From positions 1,456 to 65,455 of the forward strand of contig WHSN01000004.1 in NCBI GenBank assembly GCA_009380045.1: a stretch of 64,000 bases of DNA. Reading direction: 5' to 3'. Under the pieces are notes generated by a model that saw only the letters and a program-made list of their open reading frames with translations, was not told the DNA's origin and did no database searches. This document shows positions 28,861-37,386 of this stretch, piece after piece (within the stretch, counting starts at the first letter, position 1; each line of letters begins with the position of its first letter). The position numbers and the translations under genes were made by a program. This stretch comes from Luteitalea sp. (GTDB lineage: Bacteria; Acidobacteriota; Vicinamibacteria; Vicinamibacterales; CAVVIG01).

Positions 28861-29431
28861 GTCTCCTCCGAAATCATGTTCTGAGGGATCAGGACTCGAC
28901 GAACGATTTGAAAACGACTCGGGTTTGACGCCGGCGACATCGGGGACGCGGGCACTGCGAAGGGATGCGTGAGCGGGATAAACCTACTGTAAAGATCCAG
29001 CGCAATCAGAGAGAACATTTGAGGATTCTCCGGGGCACCGGCAGCGACGATCCAAGATTCTGGTCGGTGTTCTGGTCCTCGGGTGACAGGCCTCTCGTCC
29101 CGGGTCTGGGGACCAATCCCTGGCATTCCAGGAACCTGTCCACGGGTTCGGGCGGCTTTCCCAACCCGGCCTCCTTAGAGCTGCGCAAATCGCAGGTGGC
29201 GATTTCGATCGAGGCTCACCCACGCTGGGGGCGGAGGTGGTCTCGACCCTTGCGCTGCTCGACTCGCCGGGATGCGAGCCGGTTCCCAAAGCGGATTCGC
29301 GCTGGCCATCTGCCACGTCGGCCGCTCGGGTTCTGATCGTGGCGAGGGACACGCTCATTGGTAGAGGCAGCCGTTGTGGGAGGGTGAGAGCAGCTGACCG
29401 ATCTCCTGGGACAGCCTATAATTGGCGGTCT

Positions 29432-30655
29432 ATGACCTCTTACAGACTGCTGTGGATGGCCGTGACGGTGATGGCGCTGGCGCCAGTGACGGCGGCTCAG
29501 GATTGGCCCCAATGGCGGGGGCCGAACCGCGACGGCGTGGTTCGGTCGTTCCAGGCACCAGCCTCGTGGCCGGCGACGCTGACTCGACGCTGGCACGTGG
29601 ACGTCGGGACTGGATATGCCACGCCGCTCGTGATCGGCGACCGTGTCTACGTCTTCGCCCGGCAGGGCGACGCTGAGGTGATGACCGCGCTCGATGCCCG
29701 CTCGGCGAAGGTCCTCTGGCGCACGAGCACTCCGGCGGCGTTCAAGATGAACCCGGCCACCGCACCCCACGGTCCCGGCCCCAAATCCACGCCGACGTTT
29801 GCCGGCAACCGGCTGTTCTCCCTCGGGATAAGCGGCATCGTGACGGCGTTCGATGCCGAGACCGGCCGGCGAATCTGGCAGAAGCCCGCGCCTCCGGTCG
29901 AGCCGATGTTCCACACCGCGATGTCACCGCTCGTCGAGGGCAACCTGGTGATCTTTCACGTGGGTGGGCACGACGAAGGGGCGTTGACGGCGTTCGACGT
30001 GGCGACCGGTGAGGTGCGATGGAGGTGGACGGGTGACGGTCCGGCGTACGGGTCTCCACAGCTCTTCGATCTGTCAGGCACGCGTCAGGTCGTGACGTTC
30101 ACGCAGCAGAACTTCGTCGGCGTGTCGCTCGCCACGGGAGAGCTTCTCTGGCGCCGCCCGTACACGACGCCGTCGACGACCACCAGTCAGACTCCCATCC
30201 TCTTCAAGGACACGGTGATCGAGATGGGTCGGGGCAACGGAGTGACCGCGTTCCGCCCCGTGTCGCGCGAGGGCCGGTGGATGACAGAAGACCTCTGGCA
30301 CACCGACGAGGTCTCGATGCACATGAGCGACGCGGTGGAGATTGACGGCGTGCTGTTCGGCCTGTCGCATCTGAACAGGGGACAGTACTTCGCGCTAGAC
30401 CTGACGACCGGGCAGGTCCTGTGGAAGAGCGAGCCGCGCCAGGCGGAACACGCCGCCATTGCTCGGGCCGGCGACACGATCTTCTCGCTGGAGGAGAACG
30501 GCGAGCTGGTCGTCATCCGGCACAGCCGAACCGGCTTCGACCCGATCGCCCGGTACGAAGTGGCGACGAGCGCGACCTGGGCACAGCCCGCCATCTCAGG
30601 GAACCGGGTGTTCGTCAAGGATGTCTCGTCGCTGGCGCTCTGGACGATTGACTGA
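29432..30655 (+). CDS. PQQ-like (BamB-like) beta-propeller repeat protein, exported
   Basis: Signal peptide, then DWPQWRGPNRDGV and repeated ...G.V.W... blades (LDARSAKVLWR, FDAETGRRIWQ, FDVATGEVRWR, LATGELLWR, LTTGQVLWK). Confidence 0.85.
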   Translation: MTSYRLLWMAVTVMALAPVTAAQDWPQWRGPNRDGVVRSFQAPASWPATLTRRWHVDVGTGYATPLVIGDRVYVFARQGDAEVMTALDARSAKVLWRTSTPAAFKMNPATAPHGPGPKSTPTFAGNRLFSLGISGIVTAFDAETGRRIWQKPAPPVEPMFHTAMSPLVEGNLVIFHVGGHDEGALTAFDVATGEVRWRWTGDGPAYGSPQLFDLSGTRQVVTFTQQNFVGVSLATGELLWRRPYTTPSTTTSQTPILFKDTVIEMGRGNGVTAFRPVSREGRWMTEDLWHTDEVSMHMSDAVEIDGVLFGLSHLNRGQYFALDLTTGQVLWKSEPRQAEHAAIARAGDTIFSLEENGELVVIRHSRTGFDPIARYEVATSATWAQPAISGNRVFVKDVSSLALWTID

Positions 30656-30762
30656 CCTGCCCCGCCAGGATCAGTCTGAAGCTTCGACCGGTTCTCCTTC
30701 GCTGATGAACGGCAGGTCCGCGTTCGGCGTCCAGAGCTCACGCGGTCGAATAGTCGATGCCG

Positions 30763-31254
30763 TTATTGAAGGCCGCCGCGCACGGACGTGATGCGCTGCG
30801 TGTTGAAGCCGAGCCAGTGCATCCGGCCGACGTAGCGGGCGTGTTCGACCTTGATGCACCGATCCATGATCACGGAGACACCACCCGCCTCCGCAATCCG
30901 ACCGCCTTCCTCGTTGATCACCGAAAACTGACACCACAGATTCGCGGCGCCGATCGCCACCGCTTCCCTCGCGATCCCAGGCAGCGCCTCCGGCGCGCGG
31001 AAGACATTGACGATGTCGACGGGAACCGGGACGTCAACCAGGCTGTCGAAGCTCTTCTCTCCCATGACTTCCCGCTCGCGGGGGTTGACCGGAATGACGC
31101 GGTACCCATGCCGCCGGAGGTAAAACCCGACGAAATAGCTGGCGCGCAGCTGATTCCTCGACAGCCCGACGATCGCGACGGTCTTGGCGCGGTGGAGCAC
31201 TTGCTGAATCGTCAACGGATCCTGATAGCGGCTCAGGTCGAACGACGTGGTCAT
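30763..31254 (-). CDS. CoA-binding domain protein (YccU/YneT-like)
   Basis: KTVAIVGLSRNQLRASYFVGFYLRRHGYRVIPVNP. 4-nt overlap with metY. Confidence 0.85.
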   Translation of the reverse strand: MTTSFDLSRYQDPLTIQQVLHRAKTVAIVGLSRNQLRASYFVGFYLRRHGYRVIPVNPREREVMGEKSFDSLVDVPVPVDIVNVFRAPEALPGIAREAVAIGAANLWCQFSVINEEGGRIAEAGGVSVIMDRCIKVEHARYVGRMHWLGFNTQRITSVRGGLQ

Positions 31255-32567
31255 AGTGACGCCACCGCGGTTGTCGCCGACGCGCCGGCCCGTGCGAAGC
31301 CCTGTTCGAGGTCCCAGATCAGATCGTCAACGGCTTCGATGCCGACCGAGAGCCGGATGGTCCCCGGACCTACTCCGGCCGCGCGGAGCTCGTCCTCGTC
31401 GAGCTGTCTATGCGTCGTGCTGGCTGGATGGATGATCAGGCTCTTGGAATCGCCGACGTTCGCGAGATGCGACCACAAGGTCACGCCGCGAATGAAGTCT
31501 TGTCCCGCGGCGCGGCCGCCGCGGCATTCGAAGGAGAACACTGCACCAGCGCCTCGCGGCAGATATTTGTCTGCGACCGGGCGGTAGCGGCTCGTCGCCA
31601 GGCCGGGATAGGTCACGTTCGAGGCAAGCTCATTCGACTCGAGATAACTCGCCACGGCGGCGGCGTTCTCGACATGACGGGCCATCCGCAACGACAGCGT
31701 CTCGAGCCCCTGCAAAAACAGGAAGGCGTTGAACGGGCTCATGCACGCGCCGAGATCGCGCAGCGTCTCGGCCCGCAGCTTCATCAGATACCCGTAGGTG
31801 CCGAATGTTTCGTGGAACTGAAGCCCATGATAGGCCGGCGACGGTTCGGCGATCACCGGAAAGCGGCCGTTCGACCAGTTGAACAGCCCCGAGTCCACAA
31901 CCACCCCGCCGATGCTCGTGCCGTGACCGCCGATGAACTTGGTGGCCGAGTGCAGGACGATGTCCGCGCCCCACTCGATCGGGCGGCAGAGAAACGGTGT
32001 CGCAAACGTGTTGTCCACAATCAGCGGCAGCCCGTGGTCGTGCGCAACGGCCGCGATCGCCTCGATGTCGAGGACATTGCCGCCAGGGTTGCCAATGGTC
32101 TCGCCGTAGAAGGCCTTGGTATTGTCCCGGACGGCGGTCTTCCACGCGTCGGGATCGTCGGGATCGACCCACGTCAATTCCACCGACATTTTGCGGAGGA
32201 GGTGCTTGAGCTGGTTGACCGTCCCACCGTACAGGGCCGATGAGGACACCACGTGATCGCCGGGCGATAGCAGGGTGAACAGGGCCGCCTCCTGTGCCGC
32301 GATCCCGCTGGCGAACGCGACGGCGCCACATCCACCCTCCAGGTTGGCGATGCGCTCCTCGAACACGGCCACCGTCGGGTTCATGATCCGCGAGTAGGTA
32401 TTGCCGTATTCCTGGAGATTGAAGTACGCCGCCGCCGATTCAGGGTCCTCGAACACGTAGCTCGTCGTCTGATAGATCGGGACCGCGCGTGCGCCGGTAT
32501 TCGGCTCCGGACGCTGCCCGGCATGGACCTGACGGGTTTCAAAGCCAAAACTTCGCGACTCTTCCAT
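31251..32567 (-). CDS. metY: O-acetylhomoserine sulfhydrylase (PLP-dependent)
   Basis: FETRQVHAGQ..PIYQTTSYVF..YSRIMNPT..HSATKFIGGHG. Confidence 0.9.
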   Translation of the reverse strand: MEESRSFGFETRQVHAGQRPEPNTGARAVPIYQTTSYVFEDPESAAAYFNLQEYGNTYSRIMNPTVAVFEERIANLEGGCGAVAFASGIAAQEAALFTLLSPGDHVVSSSALYGGTVNQLKHLLRKMSVELTWVDPDDPDAWKTAVRDNTKAFYGETIGNPGGNVLDIEAIAAVAHDHGLPLIVDNTFATPFLCRPIEWGADIVLHSATKFIGGHGTSIGGVVVDSGLFNWSNGRFPVIAEPSPAYHGLQFHETFGTYGYLMKLRAETLRDLGACMSPFNAFLFLQGLETLSLRMARHVENAAAVASYLESNELASNVTYPGLATSRYRPVADKYLPRGAGAVFSFECRGGRAAGQDFIRGVTLWSHLANVGDSKSLIIHPASTTHRQLDEDELRAAGVGPGTIRLSVGIEAVDDLIWDLEQGFARAGASATTAVASL

Positions 32568-32687
32568 GGATGCTACTCCTGACCTATCTCATGAACGTTG
32601 ACGCGACGAAGCACGAAAGACCAATCGTTGAGCGATTGCTTCGCGCTTTCGTGTGTTCGTGGCTGATCTGCTGAACACGGATAGGCT

Positions 32688-33938
32688 TTACCTCGCGAGA
32701 AATTGCCGGATCATCGGCGTCTGGCGCGCCTCCTCCAACAGAAAACAGTCATGTCCGTACGGAGCGTCGATCACATGGAACTCGACTTCCTTGCCGGCGG
32801 CGCGGAGCGCCGCCGCCAGCTCCGCGGAACCCGCCGGCGGGTAGAGCCAGTCGGAGCTGAACGCGATCAGCAGTGTCCTGGCCGAGACGTTGCGGAGCGC
32901 GTGCGCGAGCTGGCCGCCCCCGTGCTGCCGGGAGAGGTCGAAGTAGGAAAGGGCCCGGGAGGTGTAGAGATAGGTGTTGGCGTCGAACCGCTTCACGAAG
33001 CTGTCCGCCTGGTGGCGCAGGTAGCTCTCGACTTCGAACTCGGGCTCCGTGAGGAGGTAACGAATGTCGTCGGCGAACTGCAGGCGCCTCCCGAACTTGT
33101 CGTTGAGCGACGCGGCGGAAAGGTAGGTGATGTGTCCGACCATGCGGGCGACGCCCATGCCCGACGTCGGTGCGCGTCCGGTGCCGTGGTAGTGGCCGCC
33201 CTGCCAGTCCGGATCGGCGGTAATCGCGTTGCGCGCGATCGCATTCCAGGCGATGCCCTGCGGGTGGAGCGCGTGCGTGCTCGCGATCGCCACGATCGCC
33301 TCGACGTGATCGCCGTACTGGACGGCCCATTCGAGCGCCTGCATCCCGCCCAACGAGCCACCGGCGACGGCGGCCAGTCGCGTGATCCCGAGCTCGCTCA
33401 AGAGCGCGCGCTCGGCCCGCACCATGTCCGCGACCGTGATGACCGGAAAGCCGGACCCATAGGGCCGGCCCGTTGCCGGGTTTGTCGACGACGGTCCCGT
33501 CGTGCCGCGGCAGCCTCCGAGCAGATTCGAGCTGACGACGAAGAACCGATCGGTGTCGAACGCCTTGCCCGGACCGATCATTCCGTCCCACCAGCCCAGA
33601 CCTCGGCCGCTGCCGGCGTCGCGCTCGTCAGCGCGGAAGCCGTCCCTGGTGCTCGCCGCAACCGCCGTCGGCGCAAAGCCAGCCGCGTGGGCGTCTCCGC
33701 TCAGGGCGTGGCAGACCAGAACGGCGTTGTCACGTGCCGGCGACAGCGTCCCGTAGGTCTCATAGGCGATGCGAATCGGATACAGCTCACGTCCACAGTC
33801 GAGCGCAAGCGGCTGCGGAAGGTCGAGGAACTCGGTGGCGACCGTGCCGACGGAGCCCACGGCGGTTCGCGACGCTGGCGTGGTCATAGGGGCGATCATA
33901 TCTTCCATATCTTCGCGCCGCTTGGAGTCGAGGGGCAT
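32688..33938 (-). CDS. metX: Homoserine O-acetyltransferase
   Basis: IAYETYGTLSPARDNAVLVCHALSGDAH, WWDGMIGPGKAFDTDRFFVVSSNLLGGCRGTTGP, GGSLGGMQALEW. Start uncertain (33938, 33908, 33899 or 33887). Confidence 0.9.
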   Translation of the reverse strand: MPLDSKRREDMEDMIAPMTTPASRTAVGSVGTVATEFLDLPQPLALDCGRELYPIRIAYETYGTLSPARDNAVLVCHALSGDAHAAGFAPTAVAASTRDGFRADERDAGSGRGLGWWDGMIGPGKAFDTDRFFVVSSNLLGGCRGTTGPSSTNPATGRPYGSGFPVITVADMVRAERALLSELGITRLAAVAGGSLGGMQALEWAVQYGDHVEAIVAIASTHALHPQGIAWNAIARNAITADPDWQGGHYHGTGRAPTSGMGVARMVGHITYLSAASLNDKFGRRLQFADDIRYLLTEPEFEVESYLRHQADSFVKRFDANTYLYTSRALSYFDLSRQHGGGQLAHALRNVSARTLLIAFSSDWLYPPAGSAELAAALRAAGKEVEFHVIDAPYGHDCFLLEEARQTPMIRQFLAR

Positions 33939-33991
33939 CAATGGGTCCGCGGTGGTGGGGGCTACTGTCAAATGAAGTGGTTCGAGCCGAA

Positions 33992-34942
33992 TTACAGCCT
34001 CGATTCGCGAAGGCGCTTGATCGCAACACGATTCCACCACATGACCGCTCCCGTCACGAACAAGACCGGCGGGACGAGGCCGACAGCAGCCCAGATGAGC
34101 TTCGTCGTCGCGTCGCACAGCCCGCGACCGCAGCCCGGGATGCCCCGGCCGCCAAGCCGGCCGAAGTGGAGATAACCGAGCCAGTACTGAATCTGATCGA
34201 CCATCCGCTCGGCAGGATTGTTCTCGTCAAAAGGCTCCATGTAGTCGAAGATGGCGCCGAAGGTCTGCGGAAAGGCCAGGTAGGCGCCGGTGATGGCCCA
34301 CATGACCATGAAGGCCCAGCACCAGAAGCCGAGCGCACTGTGCAGGCTCCAGTTCAGGCGCTTCCAACCCGACCTCAGGTCGATGCTCATGCTCCGCCGC
34401 CACGTCTTGATGCCGGGCCACCAGACGATCGCTCCAGTCACGGAGAGCAGCATCAGTGCAATCGCACCGGCGCCGTTCACCCGGCGCCCGGTGGTGCCAT
34501 TCAGCAGGTTGTCGTGCAGGTCCAATAACCACTGCGTCCCCCGGTATCCAGCAGGTAGTACGGAACCCAGGTCCTCGCCGGTAAACGGATGAAAAAACCG
34601 CAGCGTTCTATCGTCGCCGCGGACCAGCGTGACCTCGAGCGCGTGGTTCGGAGTCTCTCCCGTGCGCACACCCCCGACGTCGAAGGTGGGGTAACGCCGA
34701 CGGGCAGCCTCGGTCAACCGCTCGACACTCATCGGGGTCCCCCCACCGCTCACGATGAGCGGCTTCGGAGAGAAGTGCGCGTAAAGCTCGTTACGGTAAA
34801 CGAGTACGCTGCCCGAGGCGGAGACCACGAACACGTATATGCCGATGCCGATTCCCGCCCACAAATGAACCTGAAAGATCGCCCTGCGGACCCAGAGCGT
34901 CTGAGGGTACCGGAGCCACCGATCACGTAGGCGCAGAGCCAT
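33992..34942 (-). CDS. PepSY-associated TM-helix protein (short form)
   Basis: RRAIFQVHLWAGIGIGIYVFVVSASGSVLVY, WLLDLHDNL, SLHSALGFWCWAFMVMWAITG, YLHFGRLGG. Confidence 0.8.
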   Translation of the reverse strand: MALRLRDRWLRYPQTLWVRRAIFQVHLWAGIGIGIYVFVVSASGSVLVYRNELYAHFSPKPLIVSGGGTPMSVERLTEAARRRYPTFDVGGVRTGETPNHALEVTLVRGDDRTLRFFHPFTGEDLGSVLPAGYRGTQWLLDLHDNLLNGTTGRRVNGAGAIALMLLSVTGAIVWWPGIKTWRRSMSIDLRSGWKRLNWSLHSALGFWCWAFMVMWAITGAYLAFPQTFGAIFDYMEPFDENNPAERMVDQIQYWLGYLHFGRLGGRGIPGCGRGLCDATTKLIWAAVGLVPPVLFVTGAVMWWNRVAIKRLRESRL

Positions 34943-35385
34943 CCGGGTATCCTCTCCGGCGACGCAGCTTCTTTGGACTCCGCACGTCAAGCGGCCGCAC
35001 CATGTCAGGCACGTCGAACAATCGCTCCGTGACGTTCGCCGCCGCTCTGGCGTGTGACCTGCAGCGTGCGGCCGAATTTCGATGAAATTGTATGCGATCG
35101 GCGAGGCGCCCTATCACTTCCGGAGTGGAACTGACGATCGTCGCCGCGCTGTAGCGGTGCTTCCAACGGAACGCCTTCGAGGGAGGGGACATCTGCGCGG
35201 CAATCAAGACGCGCCTCCGGCTGCGAACGGGAAGCAGCCTCTGAAGGAGATGCGGCGGCACTGAAGGGAGGCGGCCGCGTCCCTCCGCGGCTGTCATACC
35301 AGCCGATCGTGGCGCCGATGTATGATTCGAAACTCGGGCACAGCGGTTTAGCACGGCCAACTGGCCGTCATTGAGAGGGCTCACA

Positions 35386-35940
35386 ATGGCTGAGTCGAGT
35401 GTGAACAACGGCGTCAACGTCGGGGCACTACTGGCTGCGCGTGAAGCACTGAGAAGCGCGCCACAGGCGGCCAGATTCACGTGGCGGGCATCCTGCAAGT
35501 GGCAGAACGGCACGCACAGCCACACGAAGGTACAAGGCTTCCATGGGCTCGGCGAGGAGCAGAAGCACAAGACCGAGTTCTCGTTCGAAGCCGATCACCC
35601 GGAGGTCTTCGCATCCGAGGATCTCGGTGCCACGCCGGTCGAGCACGTGCTGGTCGCTCTCGCGAGCTGCCTGACGGCTGGCGTCGCCGCGGTTGCGCAG
35701 AATCGGGGCATTCAGCTCAGGTCGGTCGAGGCGAAGCTCGAGGGGTCGATGGACATCCAGGGCATTCTCGGCATCGATAGCGACGTGCGCAACGGCTACG
35801 ACGACATCAAGGTCACCTTCCACATCGACGCCGATGCGTCCAAGAAGGAGATCGAGGCCATCGTTGCGCAGTCACAGAAGCGCTCGGCGGTGTACGACAT
35901 CATCACCAACCCGACCAATGTGAGCGTCGAAGTCGTCTAG
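35386..35940 (+). CDS. OsmC family peroxiredoxin-like protein
   Basis: ATPVEHVLVALASCLTAGVAAVA...KRSAVYDIITNP. Stop TAG at 35938-35940. Confidence 0.85.
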   Translation: MAESSVNNGVNVGALLAAREALRSAPQAARFTWRASCKWQNGTHSHTKVQGFHGLGEEQKHKTEFSFEADHPEVFASEDLGATPVEHVLVALASCLTAGVAAVAQNRGIQLRSVEAKLEGSMDIQGILGIDSDVRNGYDDIKVTFHIDADASKKEIEAIVAQSQKRSAVYDIITNPTNVSVEVV

Positions 35941-35970
35941 CGGCGCCCGGCGGCCGCAGCGGAGCTCACC

Positions 35971-37260
35971 ATCGAACAGGTCACGACGGTCGTCATCGGA
36001 GCCGGGCACGCCGGGCTGGCGACGAGCCGCTCTCTCAGTGAGCGCTCGATCGACCATGTGGTGCTCGAGCGCGGGGAGGTTGCCAACTCCTGGCGGCGTG
36101 AGCGCTGGGACTCGCTGCGGCTGCTGACGCCGAACTGGCAGAGCCGACTGCCCGGCTACCGCTATGAAGGCGCCGATCCCGACGGCTTCATGACGATGAC
36201 CGACGTCATCGCGTTCGTGTCGCGCTTTGCCGTCGTGGCCGCCGCGCCGGTGCGGACGCACACCACCGTCACCTCGGTCAGGCAAACCGGCGAGGGGTAC
36301 GACGTCACCACCGACAAAGGCGACCTCCGTTGCCGCACCGTGGTGCTCGCGAGTGGTGCCTGCAATCTTGCGAATGTGCCGTCCCTCCGACAGGACGTGC
36401 CGACTTCAGTCGAGTGCTTGTCGGCGCTCGACTACCGCAATCCGGGCCAGCTGCCCGAGGGCGGCGTGCTGATCGTCGGCGCGTCCGCGACCGGCGTGCA
36501 GCTGGCCGATGAGATCCACCGATCCGGTCGAGAGGTGACGCTTTCTGTTGGCGAGCACGTGCGGCTCCCGAGGACGTATCGGGACCGCGACGTGCTGTGG
36601 TGGATGGACGCCTCCGGTATCTGGAACCAGCGGTACGACGAGATCGACGACCTGACGCGTGCCCGGAGGCTGCCGTCACCGCAACTGGTCGGAACGCCGG
36701 AGCGCACGGCGCTCGACCTCAACGCCCTTACCGCAGCCGGCGTCGAGATCGTCGGCCGGCTGGCTGCCGTGCGCGACGGCCGGGCGCTTTTCTCGGGGGG
36801 ACTTCGCAACCAGGTGGCGTTGGCCGACCTGAAAATGGCTCGACTGCTGGACACCTTCGACGACTGGGCGCGCCGCCACACGCGCGACGCCGACGTCGGC
36901 CCTCCGGGGCGCTTCGAGCCAACCCGCCTGCCAGCCTCGTCACGACTCGATCTCGACCTCCGGAGCGGCGAGATCCGGTCCATCATCTGGGCGACCGGGT
37001 TTCGCCCGGACTACAGCTGGCTCGATGTTCCCGTGGTCGATCGCAAGGGCCAGCTGCGGCACGATGGCGGGGTCGTCGATGCGCCAGGGCTGTATGCGAT
37101 CGGGCTGCCCGTCCTCCGGCGGCGCAAGTCGACCTTCATCCATGGCGCGGAGGATGACGCCCGCGACCTGATCGATCACCTCGCTTGCTACCTCGCCAAC
37201 ACATCGGCCCGCCGCAGCGCGGCGACGAGTGGTTACGCGAGCGAACGCCAGTCCTCATAG
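35971..37260 (+). CDS. FAD/NAD(P)-binding flavoprotein, flavin-containing monooxygenase-like (COG2072/CzcO-like); no canonical start upstream of its FAD motif
   Basis: TVVIGAGHAGLATSRSL (35986-36036), then WRRERWDSLRLLTPNW, a second dinucleotide motif LIVGASATGVQLADE, and WATGFRPDYSWL. The first ATG/GTG/TTG in frame is GTG 36058, downstream of GxGxxG. ATC at 35971 sits 6 nt after GGAG (35961-35964). Confidence 0.7.
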   Translation: MEQVTTVVIGAGHAGLATSRSLSERSIDHVVLERGEVANSWRRERWDSLRLLTPNWQSRLPGYRYEGADPDGFMTMTDVIAFVSRFAVVAAAPVRTHTTVTSVRQTGEGYDVTTDKGDLRCRTVVLASGACNLANVPSLRQDVPTSVECLSALDYRNPGQLPEGGVLIVGASATGVQLADEIHRSGREVTLSVGEHVRLPRTYRDRDVLWWMDASGIWNQRYDEIDDLTRARRLPSPQLVGTPERTALDLNALTAAGVEIVGRLAAVRDGRALFSGGLRNQVALADLKMARLLDTFDDWARRHTRDADVGPPGRFEPTRLPASSRLDLDLRSGEIRSIIWATGFRPDYSWLDVPVVDRKGQLRHDGGVVDAPGLYAIGLPVLRRRKSTFIHGAEDDARDLIDHLACYLANTSARRSAATSGYASERQSS

Positions 37261-37386
37261 TCAACGCCCCTGCGAGTGAGACTGCAGCGCTCTCCGGTCC
37301 GTCGTTGCGGTTATGCTCTTCGACCACGCCTTGTGGTCCTCGGTGTCGTGATTCATGAAGTGACCAGCCGGGTGAGCCGGCGCCAC

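Noticed and set aside
28870-29300. Possible tmRNA, RNase P, SRP RNA or cobalamin riboswitch in the 570-bp spacer. The sequence gggatcaggactcgacg vaguely recalls a tmRNA 5' end, and gccacctgcg vaguely recalls a B12 box.
   Set aside because: No tRNA-like 3' end (GGTTCGAATCC...CCA), no tag reading frame ending in a stop, no GAGGAAAGTCC (RNase P) and no GCCACTG B12 box on either strand. Only a covariance-model scan could settle it.
33939-33991. SAM riboswitch upstream of metX or metY.
   Set aside because: The spacer upstream of metX is only about 50-100 nt depending on the start codon. Neither it nor the metX-metY spacer contains SAM-I/SAM-II core sequences that I can recognise.
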